Shown here one piece after another: positions 26,192 to 36,911 of a stretch of 64,000 nucleotides of DNA (position 1 is the first letter of the stretch; every line of letters begins with the position of its first letter). The translations under genes were made by a program, and so were the position numbers. This DNA comes from Burkholderiales bacterium (GTDB taxonomy: Bacteria; Pseudomonadota; Gammaproteobacteria; Burkholderiales; JAEUOS01), in assembly GCA_031362865.1 (NCBI GenBank), contig JANLTH010000024.1, positions 10,985 to 74,984 on the forward strand, read 5' to 3'. The notes beneath the pieces are model-generated. The model did no database searches. It saw only the letters and a list, made by a program, of their open reading frames with translations, and had not been told where the DNA came from.

Positions 26192-28600
26192 TTAGTTGCG
26201 CAATGGCTTGCCGGTCGTTAGCATCGAATAGATGCGCTCCTGCGTCCGCTCGTCCTTGAGTGAATCCATGAACCCTTTTGCTTCGAGATTGAGAATCCAC
26301 TCTTCGTCTACCAGACTGCCTGCTTCGACATCACCGCCACAGATTGCGGTAGCGATGCGCTCACCCAGCAGCATGTCGTATTCACTGATAAAGCCGCCGT
26401 CACGCATCCCGACCAGCGAGGCCTTGATAGTGGCAATACCGGCACGCCCGGCTACCGGGAATTTGCTTGCCAGCGGCGCGCGATAGCCGGTGGCCGCCAT
26501 GCCTTTGACTTCTTCTCGCGCGACGTGCAGCAACTCGTATACGTTGAAGATGATGGTGTCGGTAGATTTGAGAAAACCCAGCGCCACGGCTTCATGGGCG
26601 CTCTTGGCCACTTGCGCAGTGCCAATGGCCTGGAAGCGGCCTTTGAGGAAGTCGAGCAGATTGGTGGAGCCAATTTGCGCAGCTGCCTCGGCGGCGCGCA
26701 CTGCGGCTTCTTTGAGGCCACCGCCCGCGGGAATCAATCCAACACCGACTTCGACCAGGCCAATATAGCTTTCAATGTGGGCGACGCGCTTGTGGGCATG
26801 CATTTGCAACTCGTTGCCGCCGCCTAAGGCCAGGCCCGCCACTGCTGCCACCACCGGCACGCTGGAATACTTCATGCGCATGAAGGCCGACTGCAGCTTC
26901 TTGATTTCTGGCCCGACGATTTCCAGCCCATGCTCAGCGATCATCGGCTGCATGGATTGCAGGTCGGCACCGGCCGAAAATGCCCCGCCATCGACGGCAT
27001 TGGGCGAGTAAATCACCAAGCCCTTGTAATCGGCTTCAGCCAGATCAAGCGCTTTGTGCAGGCCGCCAATTTGCAACGGGCCAAGCACGTTGAGCTTGGA
27101 CTTCATCGAGAAGATGAGCACACCGTCGTTCAAGTGCCACAAGCGCGCGCCGTCGTCTTCAAACACGGTGGTTCCGCCGTTGGCACCCGTCGGGGCGTTT
27201 TCTCCCATGACATTCGCAGGGAAAGCTTGCTTCTGGTAGATGGGGTGCGCCGAGCGTGGCATGAACTTGCTTTCCTTTGCCGACCAGGAGCCTTCCGGTT
27301 GATGCACCCCGCCCTTGTCGGCCACCGGGCCACTCGTCACCCAAACGGGTAGCGGCGCGTTGGTCAGCGTCTTGGCGGCCGCAATGTCTTCGGCGATCCA
27401 GCCGGAAACCTGCGCCCAGCCTGCCTCTTGCCACAATTCGAACGGGCCGCGCTTGGCCCCAAAGCCCCAACGCATGCCGAAATCGACATCGCGCGCATTG
27501 TCGGCAATCGTTTGCAGATGCACCGCTATATAGTGCCAGGTATCACGGAACATGCTCCACAGAAATTGCGCCTGCGGGTGCTCGGATGCGCGCAGGAGCT
27601 TAAAGCGCTCGCCGGCATTTTTGTTCTTGAGGATTTTGTCCACTTCACTGGCGGCTTTGCCTTTGGAAGGAACGTAGTCACCGGTCTTGGGGTCGAGCAT
27701 CAAGATGTCTTTGCCGACCTTCTTGAAGATGCCGCCCTTGGTTTTTTGCCCCAACGCGCCTTTGGCGATCAGGCCTTGTAACCATTGCGGTTGATCGAAG
27801 TACTGATGCCACGGGTCGTCCCCCAAGGTATTTTTGAGGGTGTTAATGACGTGGCCCATCGTGTCCAGGCCGACCACGTCGGCGGTGCGGAAAGTGGCGG
27901 ATTTGGCGCGGCCGATCTTGGTGCCGGTCAGGTCATCAACGACATCAAACGGAATCGCAAATTTCTCTGCATTGGCCATCGTGAATGAGATGCCCGCGAT
28001 GCCGACCCGGTTTGCAATGAAGTTGGGCGTGTCGTTCGCGCGCACCACGCCCTTGCCCACCACCGAGGTGAGGAAGCCTTCGAGCTGATCGAGTGCCTGC
28101 GCGCTGGTTTCCCTGATGGCAATGAGTTCAACCAGATGCATGTAGCGCGGCGGGTTGAAGAAATGCACGCCGCAAAAGCGCGCCTTCAGGTCGTCAGGCA
28201 ATACGGTTGCGAGTGAGTGAATTGGCAAGCCGGATGTGTTGGAGGCCAAAATCGCATGGGCCGCCACATGCGGCGCAATCTTGCGATACAGATCGTGTTT
28301 CCAGTCGGTGCGCTCGGCGATCGCTTCGATGATGACATCGCACTCGTTGAGCCAAGCCAGATGTTCGTCATAGTTGGCTGGAACGATGAGGTCCGCCATC
28401 GCAGGCATGCCCAGTGGTGCCGGATTGAGTTTCTTCAGATTCTCGATCGCTTTGATGGCGATCGCTGACCTGGGGCCTTCTTTGGCGGGCAGGTCGAACA
28501 GAATCGCCTGGACGCGCGCGTTGGTGAGCTGCGCAGCGATCTGCGCACCCATCACACCGGCGCCTAGGACGGCGACTTTTTTAACGTTGAAATTTGCCAC
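26192..28600 (-). CDS. Multifunctional 3-hydroxyacyl-CoA dehydrogenase / enoyl-CoA hydratase (FadB/FadN-like)
   Basis: N-terminal VAVLGAGVMGAQIA Rossmann motif and a C-terminal crotonase-like half. 802 aa. Confidence 0.9.
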   Translation of the reverse strand: MANFNVKKVAVLGAGVMGAQIAAQLTNARVQAILFDLPAKEGPRSAIAIKAIENLKKLNPAPLGMPAMADLIVPANYDEHLAWLNECDVIIEAIAERTDWKHDLYRKIAPHVAAHAILASNTSGLPIHSLATVLPDDLKARFCGVHFFNPPRYMHLVELIAIRETSAQALDQLEGFLTSVVGKGVVRANDTPNFIANRVGIAGISFTMANAEKFAIPFDVVDDLTGTKIGRAKSATFRTADVVGLDTMGHVINTLKNTLGDDPWHQYFDQPQWLQGLIAKGALGQKTKGGIFKKVGKDILMLDPKTGDYVPSKGKAASEVDKILKNKNAGERFKLLRASEHPQAQFLWSMFRDTWHYIAVHLQTIADNARDVDFGMRWGFGAKRGPFELWQEAGWAQVSGWIAEDIAAAKTLTNAPLPVWVTSGPVADKGGVHQPEGSWSAKESKFMPRSAHPIYQKQAFPANVMGENAPTGANGGTTVFEDDGARLWHLNDGVLIFSMKSKLNVLGPLQIGGLHKALDLAEADYKGLVIYSPNAVDGGAFSAGADLQSMQPMIAEHGLEIVGPEIKKLQSAFMRMKYSSVPVVAAVAGLALGGGNELQMHAHKRVAHIESYIGLVEVGVGLIPAGGGLKEAAVRAAEAAAQIGSTNLLDFLKGRFQAIGTAQVAKSAHEAVALGFLKSTDTIIFNVYELLHVAREEVKGMAATGYRAPLASKFPVAGRAGIATIKASLVGMRDGGFISEYDMLLGERIATAICGGDVEAGSLVDEEWILNLEAKGFMDSLKDERTQERIYSMLTTGKPLRN

Positions 28601-28633
28601 GGCTTGGGTCTCCTTGGGGGTTCTTGGGGGTGC

Positions 28634-30424
28634 TTAAAACAGTTCAGCTTCGAGTTCGAGCAGGCCTTTCGACCCGGCTTTGATGCGCTTGGCCAACATT
28701 TCGGTTTCCGGAAAAAGACGGGCGAAGTAGAAGCGCGCCGTGGCGAGCTTGGCCTTATAGAAACTGTCGCCACCGGCCTGCTGCTCCAACGCTACCTTGG
28801 CCATGCGCGCCCAGAAATAGCCGTAGACCAGATGCCCCACGAGCCGCAAGTAGTCAACCGATGCCGCGCCCACTTCGTCGGCATTCTTGAAGCCTTGCAT
28901 GCCAACCCACATCGAGATTTCTCCGAGCTTTTCGCCCAGCTCGCCGAGTGGCTTGAGAAACTCCGCCATTGCCGGGTTCGAGGCGTTGTCGCTGGCAAAT
29001 TCTTCAACCATGGTGCCGAATTTCTTCATCTTCGCACCGCCATCGCCCAGCACTTTGCGGCCGAGCAAGTCGAGCGATTGCACGGAGTTGGTTCCTTCGT
29101 AGATCATGTTGATCCGCGCGTCGCGCACGAACTGCTCCATGCCCCATTCCGAAATATAGCCATGCCCGCCGAAGACCTGCATGCCCAAATTCGTACACTC
29201 AAAACCCGCGTCAGTGATGAAGGCTTTGATGATCGGCGTGAGCAGCGCCATCAAGTCATCCGCATCTTTGCGCTCCTCTTCATTGGGGTGGTGGTGCGCG
29301 ATGTCGCCCTGCAACGAAATCCAGTAGGCAAAGGCGCGCGATCCTTCGATATAGGCGCGCTGGGTGAAGAGCATGCGCCGCACATCCGGGTGAACGATAA
29401 TCGGATCGGCGGGCTTGTCTGGTGCCTTAGGGCCAGAAAGCGAACGCATTTGCAGCCGGTCTTTGGCATACGCCGCGGACGACTGATAGGCTACCTCCAT
29501 CAACCCCAAGGATTGCAGACCTACGCCCAAGCGTGCGCCGTTCATCATCACGAACATGGCGTTGAGACCCTTGTTCGGCGCGCCTACCATCCAACCGCTG
29601 GCAGCATCGAGATTCATCTGGCAGGTGGAATTGCCGTGAATGCCCATTTTGTGCTCCAGACCGCCGCAAATGATGCTGTTGCGCACGCCCGGCGCACCGT
29701 CGGCGTTGGGGATGAGTTTGGGCACGATGAACAACGAAATGCCCTTGGTTCCGGACGGCGCATCGGGCAAGCGGGCCAGAACCAGGTGGATGATGTTCTC
29801 GGCCATGTCATGCTCGCCGGACGAGATGAAGATTTTGCCGCCGGTGATTTTGTAGCTGCCGTCGGCTTGTGGCTCGGCTTTGGAGCGCAGCATTCCTAGA
29901 TCGGTGCCGCAATGCGGCTCGGTCAGACACATGGTGCCAGTCCATTCGCCGGTGACGAGTTTGGTGAGGTAGACCTTCTTTTGCTCATCGGTCCCATGGC
30001 GCGAGAGCGCCTGATAGGCGCCGTGAGTCAGACCAGGGTACATACCCCAAGCTTGATTGGCCGAGTTCATCATCTCTTGAAAGGCGCTTTGAACCACGTG
30101 CGGCAACCCTTGACCACCATAGATCGGGTCGCAAGAGAGGGCGGGCCAGCCAGCTTCGACGAATTTTTCGTAGGCATCCTTGAATCCGGTCGGCGTTTTC
30201 ACCTCGTGGGTGATTTGGTCCAGCTTGCAGCCTTCGCGGTCGCCCACCTGATTGAGTGGAAAAAGCACTTCAGCACAGAATTTGCCGCCTTCCTCGATCA
30301 CCTGGTCAATCAGATCGCGATTGACCTCGGCGTGGGCAGGAAGCGTCTTGAGAGTTTTTTCGATGTTAAGAACTTCGTGCATCACGAACTGCATGTCACG
30401 CAAGGGGGCTTTGTATTGGGCCAT
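28634..30424 (-). CDS. Long acyl-CoA dehydrogenase with C-terminal extension domain
   Basis: ACAD motifs are present (LTEPHCGTDL, FGGHGY...YEGTN). 596 aa. Confidence 0.9.
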   Translation of the reverse strand: MAQYKAPLRDMQFVMHEVLNIEKTLKTLPAHAEVNRDLIDQVIEEGGKFCAEVLFPLNQVGDREGCKLDQITHEVKTPTGFKDAYEKFVEAGWPALSCDPIYGGQGLPHVVQSAFQEMMNSANQAWGMYPGLTHGAYQALSRHGTDEQKKVYLTKLVTGEWTGTMCLTEPHCGTDLGMLRSKAEPQADGSYKITGGKIFISSGEHDMAENIIHLVLARLPDAPSGTKGISLFIVPKLIPNADGAPGVRNSIICGGLEHKMGIHGNSTCQMNLDAASGWMVGAPNKGLNAMFVMMNGARLGVGLQSLGLMEVAYQSSAAYAKDRLQMRSLSGPKAPDKPADPIIVHPDVRRMLFTQRAYIEGSRAFAYWISLQGDIAHHHPNEEERKDADDLMALLTPIIKAFITDAGFECTNLGMQVFGGHGYISEWGMEQFVRDARINMIYEGTNSVQSLDLLGRKVLGDGGAKMKKFGTMVEEFASDNASNPAMAEFLKPLGELGEKLGEISMWVGMQGFKNADEVGAASVDYLRLVGHLVYGYFWARMAKVALEQQAGGDSFYKAKLATARFYFARLFPETEMLAKRIKAGSKGLLELEAELF

Positions 30425-30450
30425 GTTGAATCTCCAGACATTAAATCTAA

Positions 30451-30460
30451 CGAACGTTCG
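30451..30460. promoter_or_regulatory. Candidate TetR operator core CGAACGTTCG
   Basis: Perfect 10-bp palindrome 27 bp upstream of the acyl-CoA dehydrogenase ATG. A related GAACGATCGT lies at 31192..31201, upstream of the TetR gene. Confidence 0.35.
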
Positions 30461-30487
30461 GTTATTTGTTTTAGGTTCGGACCGCGC

Positions 30488-31162
30488 CTAGCTGAACGCG
30501 GACTGGTTGGTGGGTATCAAGGTGGCGTAGCGCGGCACCGCGCGCGCATCGGATGAATCGTCCGCATCCGGGTGCTTACGACAGGAGTCGAGCAGGCGTG
30601 CAAATCCGCGTCGTGCGCGTGCCACGGCGAGTGGGTCGCGCATAAGTCGCGCATCATGGTGCGCGGAGAGCAGCAGCCCGTAAACCTCAAACAGCAATTG
30701 CTCAGGATCGGCATCTGAACGTAGATGCCCGACACTTTTGGCTTGATTGGCGGCCTTGAGCATCTCGCGCTGCCAGGAGCGGATGACGGCGACCATTTCG
30801 TCGCGAATTGGCCCCGGACGGTCGTCGTACTCCGACGCGCCAGAGACGAATACGCAACCGTTTGGAATGTCGACGCGTTGGACGCGGTCCATCCAGCGTT
30901 CGAACATTACTTCGAGGCGGGGCAGGCCGCGTTTTTCCTTGAGCGCGGGAAAGAAGACATCGTTAACGAAGCGCTTGGCATACTCGCGCAACACGGCGAT
31001 TTGCAAATCTTCGCGTGAACCAAAGTGGGCGAAAACGCCTGACTTGCTCATTTCGAGCCGCTCGGCGATGGCACCGATAGTCAGCCCCTCAAGGCCATGG
31101 CGACTCGCAATGTCGAGTGCCGAACCAAGAATTGCACTACGAGTTTGGTCGCCTTTTTTCAC
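30488..31162 (-). CDS. TetR-family transcriptional regulator
   Basis: N-terminal HTH: ILGSALDIASRHGLEGLTIGAIAERLEMSKSGVFAHF. Confidence 0.88.
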   Translation of the reverse strand: MKKGDQTRSAILGSALDIASRHGLEGLTIGAIAERLEMSKSGVFAHFGSREDLQIAVLREYAKRFVNDVFFPALKEKRGLPRLEVMFERWMDRVQRVDIPNGCVFVSGASEYDDRPGPIRDEMVAVIRSWQREMLKAANQAKSVGHLRSDADPEQLLFEVYGLLLSAHHDARLMRDPLAVARARRGFARLLDSCRKHPDADDSSDARAVPRYATLIPTNQSAFS

Positions 31163-31333
31163 GAGCGGTTCGCCGGGCGGGCGAATTAACTGAACGATCG
31201 TGCTATTTCGCTCTGTTTCTCACTTAAGTGCAAGCGATTTCTCTGCTGCGATGCAATATCGGGGAACAAATTTCACCGATTTTCCCCAATAAACAAATAC
31301 TTGCGAGGTTTAGAACAACCCCTCCAGAAAATG

Positions 31334-31360
31334 AAAAAGGACACCGGAGGTGTCCTTTTT
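31334..31360 (-). terminator. Rho-independent (bidirectional-looking) terminator after pilQ
   Basis: AAAAAGGACACC-GGA-GGTGTCCTTTTT: an 8-bp GC-containing stem flanked by an A-run and a T-run. It starts about 20 nt downstream of the pilQ stop. Confidence 0.75.
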
Positions 31361-31380
31361 CGTCCAAATCCGAACTAGCG

Positions 31381-33552
31381 CTAGCGAACGCTCATGCGAT
31401 CACTCATAATCCTCGGCGTTACGAAGACCAGCAACTCCGTCTTATTATTTTGACGTGAGTTATTCTTAAAGAGATTGCCAAACAGCGGAACATCGCCGAA
31501 AAACGGAACTTTGGTCAAAGTGTCCCGCTCCTGCTGGGTATAGATACCGCCAATCACTACTGTGCCGCCGTTTTCAACCAAAATTTGGGTCTTTACGGAT
31601 TTGGTGTCAATCGCGAAACCGGCAGTAGTAATCTGACCAACCGAATCTTTGTTCACTGCCAGTTGAAGAATGATGTTGCCGTCCGGCGTGATCTGCGGAG
31701 TTGCCTTAAGTGAAAGATTGGCTTTACGGAACGACACGGAGGTTGCACCGCTGCTGGTCGCCTGCTGATAGGGAAGCTCAGTCCCTTGCTCGATGAGCGC
31801 CTCGACGTTGTTCGTCGTCACCACACGCGGACTAGAAATAATTTTCCCCTTGCCATCAGCCTCCAAGGCACTAAGCTCTAGATTGATGAAGCCGCCGAAG
31901 GCCCGGGAGAAAAGTGACATTCCGATCTGGCCAGGATTGAAGCCACCGAGCCCGCCCGCTCCCAAGTTAACGCTGTACTGATCGGAAAGAAAGTTTGGTG
32001 CGGTTGTTACTTGCGCAGATCCCCAGCCGGACTGGGCATTGTTGCCACCGAGATTCCAACCCCATCGATCACTGCCAAGTACGCGTCGAGTGTTTTGGAC
32101 ATCGGCCGCCGTCAATGCTCCGGTCACCGGATCAACTCTTGCGCCTTTCAACAGGGGCTGATTAAACCCAAGCTTCGCACCCAAAGTTTTGCTAAAGTCG
32201 TCTGCGGCTTCCACGATACGTGCCTCGATGAGCACCTGCTGAACAGGCACGTCAATCTTCGCTAAGAGACGACGTACATCATCAAGCCGTACCGCCGTAT
32301 CTTGAACAAATATTTGATTCGTACGGGTGTCCACGACTGCACTGCCACGCTTTGACAGAATCTTCTGGTTTGCGTCCGTCAACAGCGTGCGCAAGTTAGC
32401 AGCAGTTTGGTAGTTAAGTTGAAACGCTTCGGTTCGTACAGGTTCGAGATCACTAATCTGCGAGCGCGCCTCCAGTTCCAGCTTTTCTTTCGTGGAGATC
32501 TCCTCGCGCGGAGCGATCCAAATGACATTACCGTTCTTGCGCATGTCTAATCCACGCGTCTGCAGGATGATGTCCAATGCCTGATCCCAGGGTACATCCT
32601 TGAGCCGCAAGGTTAGCGAACCTGCAACCGAATCACTTGTGATGATGTTGAAATTTGTAAAGTCCGCGATCACTTGCAGCACCGAACGAACTTCAATGTT
32701 CTGAAAATTGAGAGACAAGCGCTCACCCTGATACCCTTGGCGGGTGCCTTGCACCAACTTGTTTGGATCTTCCTTGACCGGCTTGACCTCTACAACAAAT
32801 TGAGAGTCCGTCTGGTAAGCGTTGTGTTCCCACAGGCCTTTGGGCTCGATTACCATGCGAACATTGTCGCCCTGCGAGAACGAATTGATGGTTTGCACTG
32901 GCGTGGCGAAATCACCCACATCCAAGCGCTTACGAAGATTCTCTGGTAGCGACGATTTCAGAAAGTCAATCACAAGCGATTGACCTTGCTGGCGGATATC
33001 AACGCCAGTTCCACTTGAACCGAGCTCCACCACGATCCTACCCTCGCCTTGCTTTCCGCGACGAAAATCGATATCCTTCAAAGCCGTGGAGCCCGGTGCA
33101 ACCGCCTGCACCACGCTTGGTGCAGATGTCACCGCCCCGGTAGCCGAGATCGCCGCGCCAGCAAGGGTAATGATGACATTCTTGCCATCCATTCTGGTTT
33201 CAAACCCAGTGGCGTTGCGCAAATTGAGCACCATCCGGGAACGGTCACCAACCTGGACGACGTTGACGCTGCGCAGCTCGCCCTGGCCCACATCTTGGCT
33301 GTTCTTGCCAAGCGCGTTGGTCGTGCCCGAAAAATCAAGGGCAATGCGGGGAGGATTGGCGATCGTGAATCCGGTAGGAGGTGCTGCGGGCGCGTCCTTC
33401 ATCGTCACTTGCAGCACCACTGCGCCGCCCTGTTGCGTGACGTTTAGCGCCTGAATGGCGTTTTGAGCCCAAGCACTGGTTGTGGCCAGAGCCAATACCG
33501 CCGCCCCCTTCGCGAGGTTGAGGGTGAACTTAATCAAGCGGACTGGTTTCAT
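31381..33552 (-). CDS. pilQ: Type IV pilus secretin PilQ
   Basis: AMIN-like N-terminal repeats plus a secretin C-domain (VPFFGDVPLFGNLFK...LLVFVTPRI). It follows pilMNOP. Confidence 0.93.
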   Translation of the reverse strand: MKPVRLIKFTLNLAKGAAVLALATTSAWAQNAIQALNVTQQGGAVVLQVTMKDAPAAPPTGFTIANPPRIALDFSGTTNALGKNSQDVGQGELRSVNVVQVGDRSRMVLNLRNATGFETRMDGKNVIITLAGAAISATGAVTSAPSVVQAVAPGSTALKDIDFRRGKQGEGRIVVELGSSGTGVDIRQQGQSLVIDFLKSSLPENLRKRLDVGDFATPVQTINSFSQGDNVRMVIEPKGLWEHNAYQTDSQFVVEVKPVKEDPNKLVQGTRQGYQGERLSLNFQNIEVRSVLQVIADFTNFNIITSDSVAGSLTLRLKDVPWDQALDIILQTRGLDMRKNGNVIWIAPREEISTKEKLELEARSQISDLEPVRTEAFQLNYQTAANLRTLLTDANQKILSKRGSAVVDTRTNQIFVQDTAVRLDDVRRLLAKIDVPVQQVLIEARIVEAADDFSKTLGAKLGFNQPLLKGARVDPVTGALTAADVQNTRRVLGSDRWGWNLGGNNAQSGWGSAQVTTAPNFLSDQYSVNLGAGGLGGFNPGQIGMSLFSRAFGGFINLELSALEADGKGKIISSPRVVTTNNVEALIEQGTELPYQQATSSGATSVSFRKANLSLKATPQITPDGNIILQLAVNKDSVGQITTAGFAIDTKSVKTQILVENGGTVVIGGIYTQQERDTLTKVPFFGDVPLFGNLFKNNSRQNNKTELLVFVTPRIMSDRMSVR

Positions 33553-34091
33553 TTGCGTACCTCCTGAAGTTGCATCGTGCTTATGCGTTCGACCAATTCT
33601 CCCGTCGCATCAGGGACAACTTCGCGAACTGTAATTTCGGATTCGTTGATTTTGGTGATTAAGCCGTGGTTCTGGCCCATGTATTCACCAAGTTTGACTC
33701 GGTAGAGATTCTTGTCAGCGTTAATCAGGCCAAAACTTCCGCCCTTTTGCTGCAACACACCCACCATCTTGAGATTCTCAAGCGGGAAGGATTCGAGCAC
33801 CTGACGCGGACGGGTTTCATCAATCCGGATCCCCGACGCGCCGCGCGGCTTGTTTTTGCTGGCATCGACAAGCGCGGTCACTTTTGACGCATTGAAAGGA
33901 TCAACCTCTTTCTCGGCTTCATACTTGAACGCTTTGAACGGTTTGGGCTCGGATACCGGCTCAACCTTGCCCTTCATTTTCTTTTCTTCGGCACTCATCC
34001 ATTGCTGCACTTCGTTGATGCCTGACTGGCTACAGCCTGCCAGCATCAGTCCAGCCGCCATCAACGCAACACTTGCCTTAGCGAGCCTCAT
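33549..34091 (-). CDS. pilP: Type IV pilus assembly lipoprotein PilP
   Basis: Lipobox LAGC, position within the pilMNOPQ operon, and ATGA-type overlaps on both sides. Confidence 0.85.
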   Translation of the reverse strand: MRLAKASVALMAAGLMLAGCSQSGINEVQQWMSAEEKKMKGKVEPVSEPKPFKAFKYEAEKEVDPFNASKVTALVDASKNKPRGASGIRIDETRPRQVLESFPLENLKMVGVLQQKGGSFGLINADKNLYRVKLGEYMGQNHGLITKINESEITVREVVPDATGELVERISTMQLQEVRK

Positions 34092-34765
34092 TTTTTCGCC
34101 CCCGCTGCTTTCTTCGCATCCGCCGCAGACTTCTTCTGTGCAGAAACTTCTTCCTGATCCAGATACCTGAAGGTTTTAGCGATTGAGTCCATGGTTAGTT
34201 GCGCCGGTCCAGCGGGCGCAGCGCCAGCAGCACCCGGAGCCGCCAAAATCGAAATGTTCATGTCATTCAGCGTCACAATCCGGGACAAGCTGGCGATATC
34301 ACTGGCAAAAGCACCCAGATCGTGATAGCCGCCAGTAACCTTCACGGCAATCGGCAACTCCGCGTAGTACTCTTTGACGTTCACTGAACCAGGCCTGAAC
34401 AACTCGAAGGCCAAGCCGCGTCCCAAACCGGATTGATTGATGTCCGTCAGCAGCGCGTCCATCTCCGATTTGCTCGGCAGCTGCTTTTCCAGCGACGCGA
34501 CAAACTGCTCGACTTGCACCTTTTGCTTTTTGAGTTCCGGAAGGTTTACAGCCTGAATCTTCTTGCCCTTCCATTCGTCTTTCAGCTTGACCTCTTCGGA
34601 CTCGCCCTTCTTGAGCGCCTCAGACAGGGGATCCCAATGGAAGTACCAACCCGCAGCTACGATTGCGACCAACAGCAGTAAGAGTGCCAAGGCCTTGGGA
34701 GCCGGAGCCGCATTCCCAATGTCACGCCAATTGACGTTTTTAAACTGATCCGCGATATTTGCCAT
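34088..34765 (-). CDS. pilO: Type IV pilus assembly protein PilO
   Basis: Single N-terminal TM segment, then a coiled-coil and ferredoxin-like domain. Assigned partly from operon position. Confidence 0.85.
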   Translation of the reverse strand: MANIADQFKNVNWRDIGNAAPAPKALALLLLLVAIVAAGWYFHWDPLSEALKKGESEEVKLKDEWKGKKIQAVNLPELKKQKVQVEQFVASLEKQLPSKSEMDALLTDINQSGLGRGLAFELFRPGSVNVKEYYAELPIAVKVTGGYHDLGAFASDIASLSRIVTLNDMNISILAAPGAAGAAPAGPAQLTMDSIAKTFRYLDQEEVSAQKKSAADAKKAAGAKK

Positions 34766-34786
34766 GATATTTTCCTTGGTCGCCGG

Positions 34787-35419
34787 TCAGGATTTCTTGG
34801 GAGCCGCAGCCGCCGCAGGTGGTGCAGCGCCCGCCGCTGCCGCAGGCTTGGGTTCCGGCGCTTTTTGCCGCTGGATATTCACGCCGAGCGAGAAATCGTT
34901 AAGCTTGCGCGCACTCGATCCGGTTCCGGTGGTCACAGCGCGGATTTCCACAAGGTCTGGGGCCACCAACCAAGGCGAGTTGTTACTCAGGTTCCGCACG
35001 TAATCTGCGACCCGCGCGTTGTTCATCGCTTGACCAGACACCACGACGCGCATCCCAGTCTGCTTTATGTTGCGCAGGTAAATTCCTTCCGGAGTTTGCT
35101 TGACCAACTCGTCAAGCACATGCACCGGCAGGTTGCGGTCAGCCTGCAAATCTTCCACCGCCTTTTGACGCGCCTTGAGCGCCTCGATTTCTTCTCGCAG
35201 CTTGGCGATTTCCTTGATTTCCTCATCCAGCTTTTTGGACTGCGCTTGGATGTGGTCGTTCTTCGCCTTCTGCACGTCAATGTATTGCTGGATCACGAAG
35301 CCAGCCGCAAACACGATGGCTGCACCGATCGCTGCGACGACAAACGCCATGATGCCAAAGTCACGGCGGCGCGCCTTGCGTTTGAGCTCCCGGTGCGGGA
35401 GTAGGTTGATCTTAGTCAT
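34787..35419 (-). CDS. pilN: Type IV pilus assembly protein PilN
   Basis: The INLLPHRE N-terminal motif is diagnostic of PilN. Confidence 0.88.
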   Translation of the reverse strand: MTKINLLPHRELKRKARRRDFGIMAFVVAAIGAAIVFAAGFVIQQYIDVQKAKNDHIQAQSKKLDEEIKEIAKLREEIEALKARQKAVEDLQADRNLPVHVLDELVKQTPEGIYLRNIKQTGMRVVVSGQAMNNARVADYVRNLSNNSPWLVAPDLVEIRAVTTGTGSSARKLNDFSLGVNIQRQKAPEPKPAAAAGAAPPAAAAAPKKS

Positions 35420-36489
35420 GCGTCAAACCTCCGCATTGCCAAACCACACGCTACCAAGAGCGCGGGTGCTTCCATCGCCAGTTGCTTCGGGCGAACCCTG
35501 CCTGAGAGGCCCATATTCGCAAACGGGTTGGCGATCAATGTATTGACCTGCGTCCGGTTTGCCACGACCTCATCCAAGCCTGGGATCACGGCGCAACCAC
35601 CCGCCAAGATGATGTGATCGACCTTGTTGTACGAGGTCGAGGTAAAGAAAAACTGCATCGCGCGGGTCACTTCTTGCGCCAAGTTTTCCATAAAAGGCTT
35701 GAGCACATCGGTTTCGTAATTGTCCGGCAGTCCGCCAGCTTTCTTCGCCGCTTCCGCTTCTTCAGCCGACATGCCGAAGGCGCGCTGAATGTCTTGCGTC
35801 AACATGCCGCCGCCAAACGCCTGCTCGCGGTTATAAACTTGCTGGTCGTTGCGCAGCACGGTCACATTCATCATGTTGGCACCGACATCGACCAAAGCAA
35901 TCGTTTGATCGACCCCGTTGCCAGGCAACTGTTTTTCGATCAGATTGAAGGCCGCTTGCATGGCGAACGATTCAACATCCATCACCTTGGGCTTTAAGCC
36001 GCTGGCTTGCGCGACCGCAATCCGGTCTTCAACTTTTTCTTTGCGCGACGCGGCGATCATCACTTCGACTTCTTCAGAAGAGGAGGGAGCCGGGCCCACG
36101 ACCTGAAAGTCGAGATTAACCTCGTCCAGCGCAAACGGGATGTACTGGTTCGCCTCAGTTTCAACCTGCACTTCCAGCTCTTCTTCGCGCAGGCCCGCCG
36201 GGACGACAATCTTCTTCGTGATCACTGCCGCTGCGGGCAGAGCCATCGCGACATCTTTAGTGCTGGTGGCGAGCTTCTTCCATGCTCGCTTGACCGCATC
36301 GGCCACCGCTTCAAGATTGGTGATATTGCCATCCAACACTGCGTCTTTGGGCAATGCCTCAATCGCGTACCGCTCAATGCGGTACGACTTTTTGCCAGTT
36401 TCCGAAATTTCGACCAACTTGACCGAAGACGAACTGACATCCAAGCCGATCAACGGCTTGCCTTTTGCAGATAGAAAATCGAGCGCCAA
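35416..36489 (-). CDS. pilM: Type IV pilus assembly ATPase-fold protein PilM
   Basis: Actin-like fold (LIGLDVSSSSVKLVE...). I place the start at TTG 36489 (LALDFLSAKGKPLIGLD) because AGGGGAG lies 5-6 nt upstream and this gives about 357 aa. The track ORF extends to 36564. Confidence 0.88.
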   Translation of the reverse strand: MALDFLSAKGKPLIGLDVSSSSVKLVEISETGKKSYRIERYAIEALPKDAVLDGNITNLEAVADAVKRAWKKLATSTKDVAMALPAAAVITKKIVVPAGLREEELEVQVETEANQYIPFALDEVNLDFQVVGPAPSSSEEVEVMIAASRKEKVEDRIAVAQASGLKPKVMDVESFAMQAAFNLIEKQLPGNGVDQTIALVDVGANMMNVTVLRNDQQVYNREQAFGGGMLTQDIQRAFGMSAEEAEAAKKAGGLPDNYETDVLKPFMENLAQEVTRAMQFFFTSTSYNKVDHIILAGGCAVIPGLDEVVANRTQVNTLIANPFANMGLSGRVRPKQLAMEAPALLVACGLAMRRFDA

Positions 36490-36911
36490 GATTTGCTCCC
36501 CTCTGATCGTCGGTTTAACGTCGGCGAACCTCCGACGGCATCTGTTGACACTTAAAACGACCAACTCGCAGAGTACCTCACTTACTGCGAGCGCAGTGCA
36601 GTACCTGCTACTGCGCCACTGCGGAACTGCGGCTGACCGTTTGCGCCTTCAGACACGACTCCAATGATTCAACAATGCTAAGAAATTACATTAAATGCCA
36701 ACGGCAAGGTATTAGCAAGCAACGGACTTTTGCTGCCGCCCCGGCGGAATTATTCCTGTCTCTTTTTAGCCACATTGGTGACAGAAAACCGTCAGGGAGC
36801 CCCGACTATAATCTTCATTCCCGAACTTCTCAAGCAAGGTGTGAGTGCCTCCGTGGTAGCGAAACGACGAATCGTTGCACTCCATAGAGACTACTTTGAG
36901 CCCGCTCCAAA

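Noticed and set aside
28604-29899. 431-aa plus-strand ORF
   Set aside because: It is antisense to the acyl-CoA dehydrogenase gene and is a shadow ORF.
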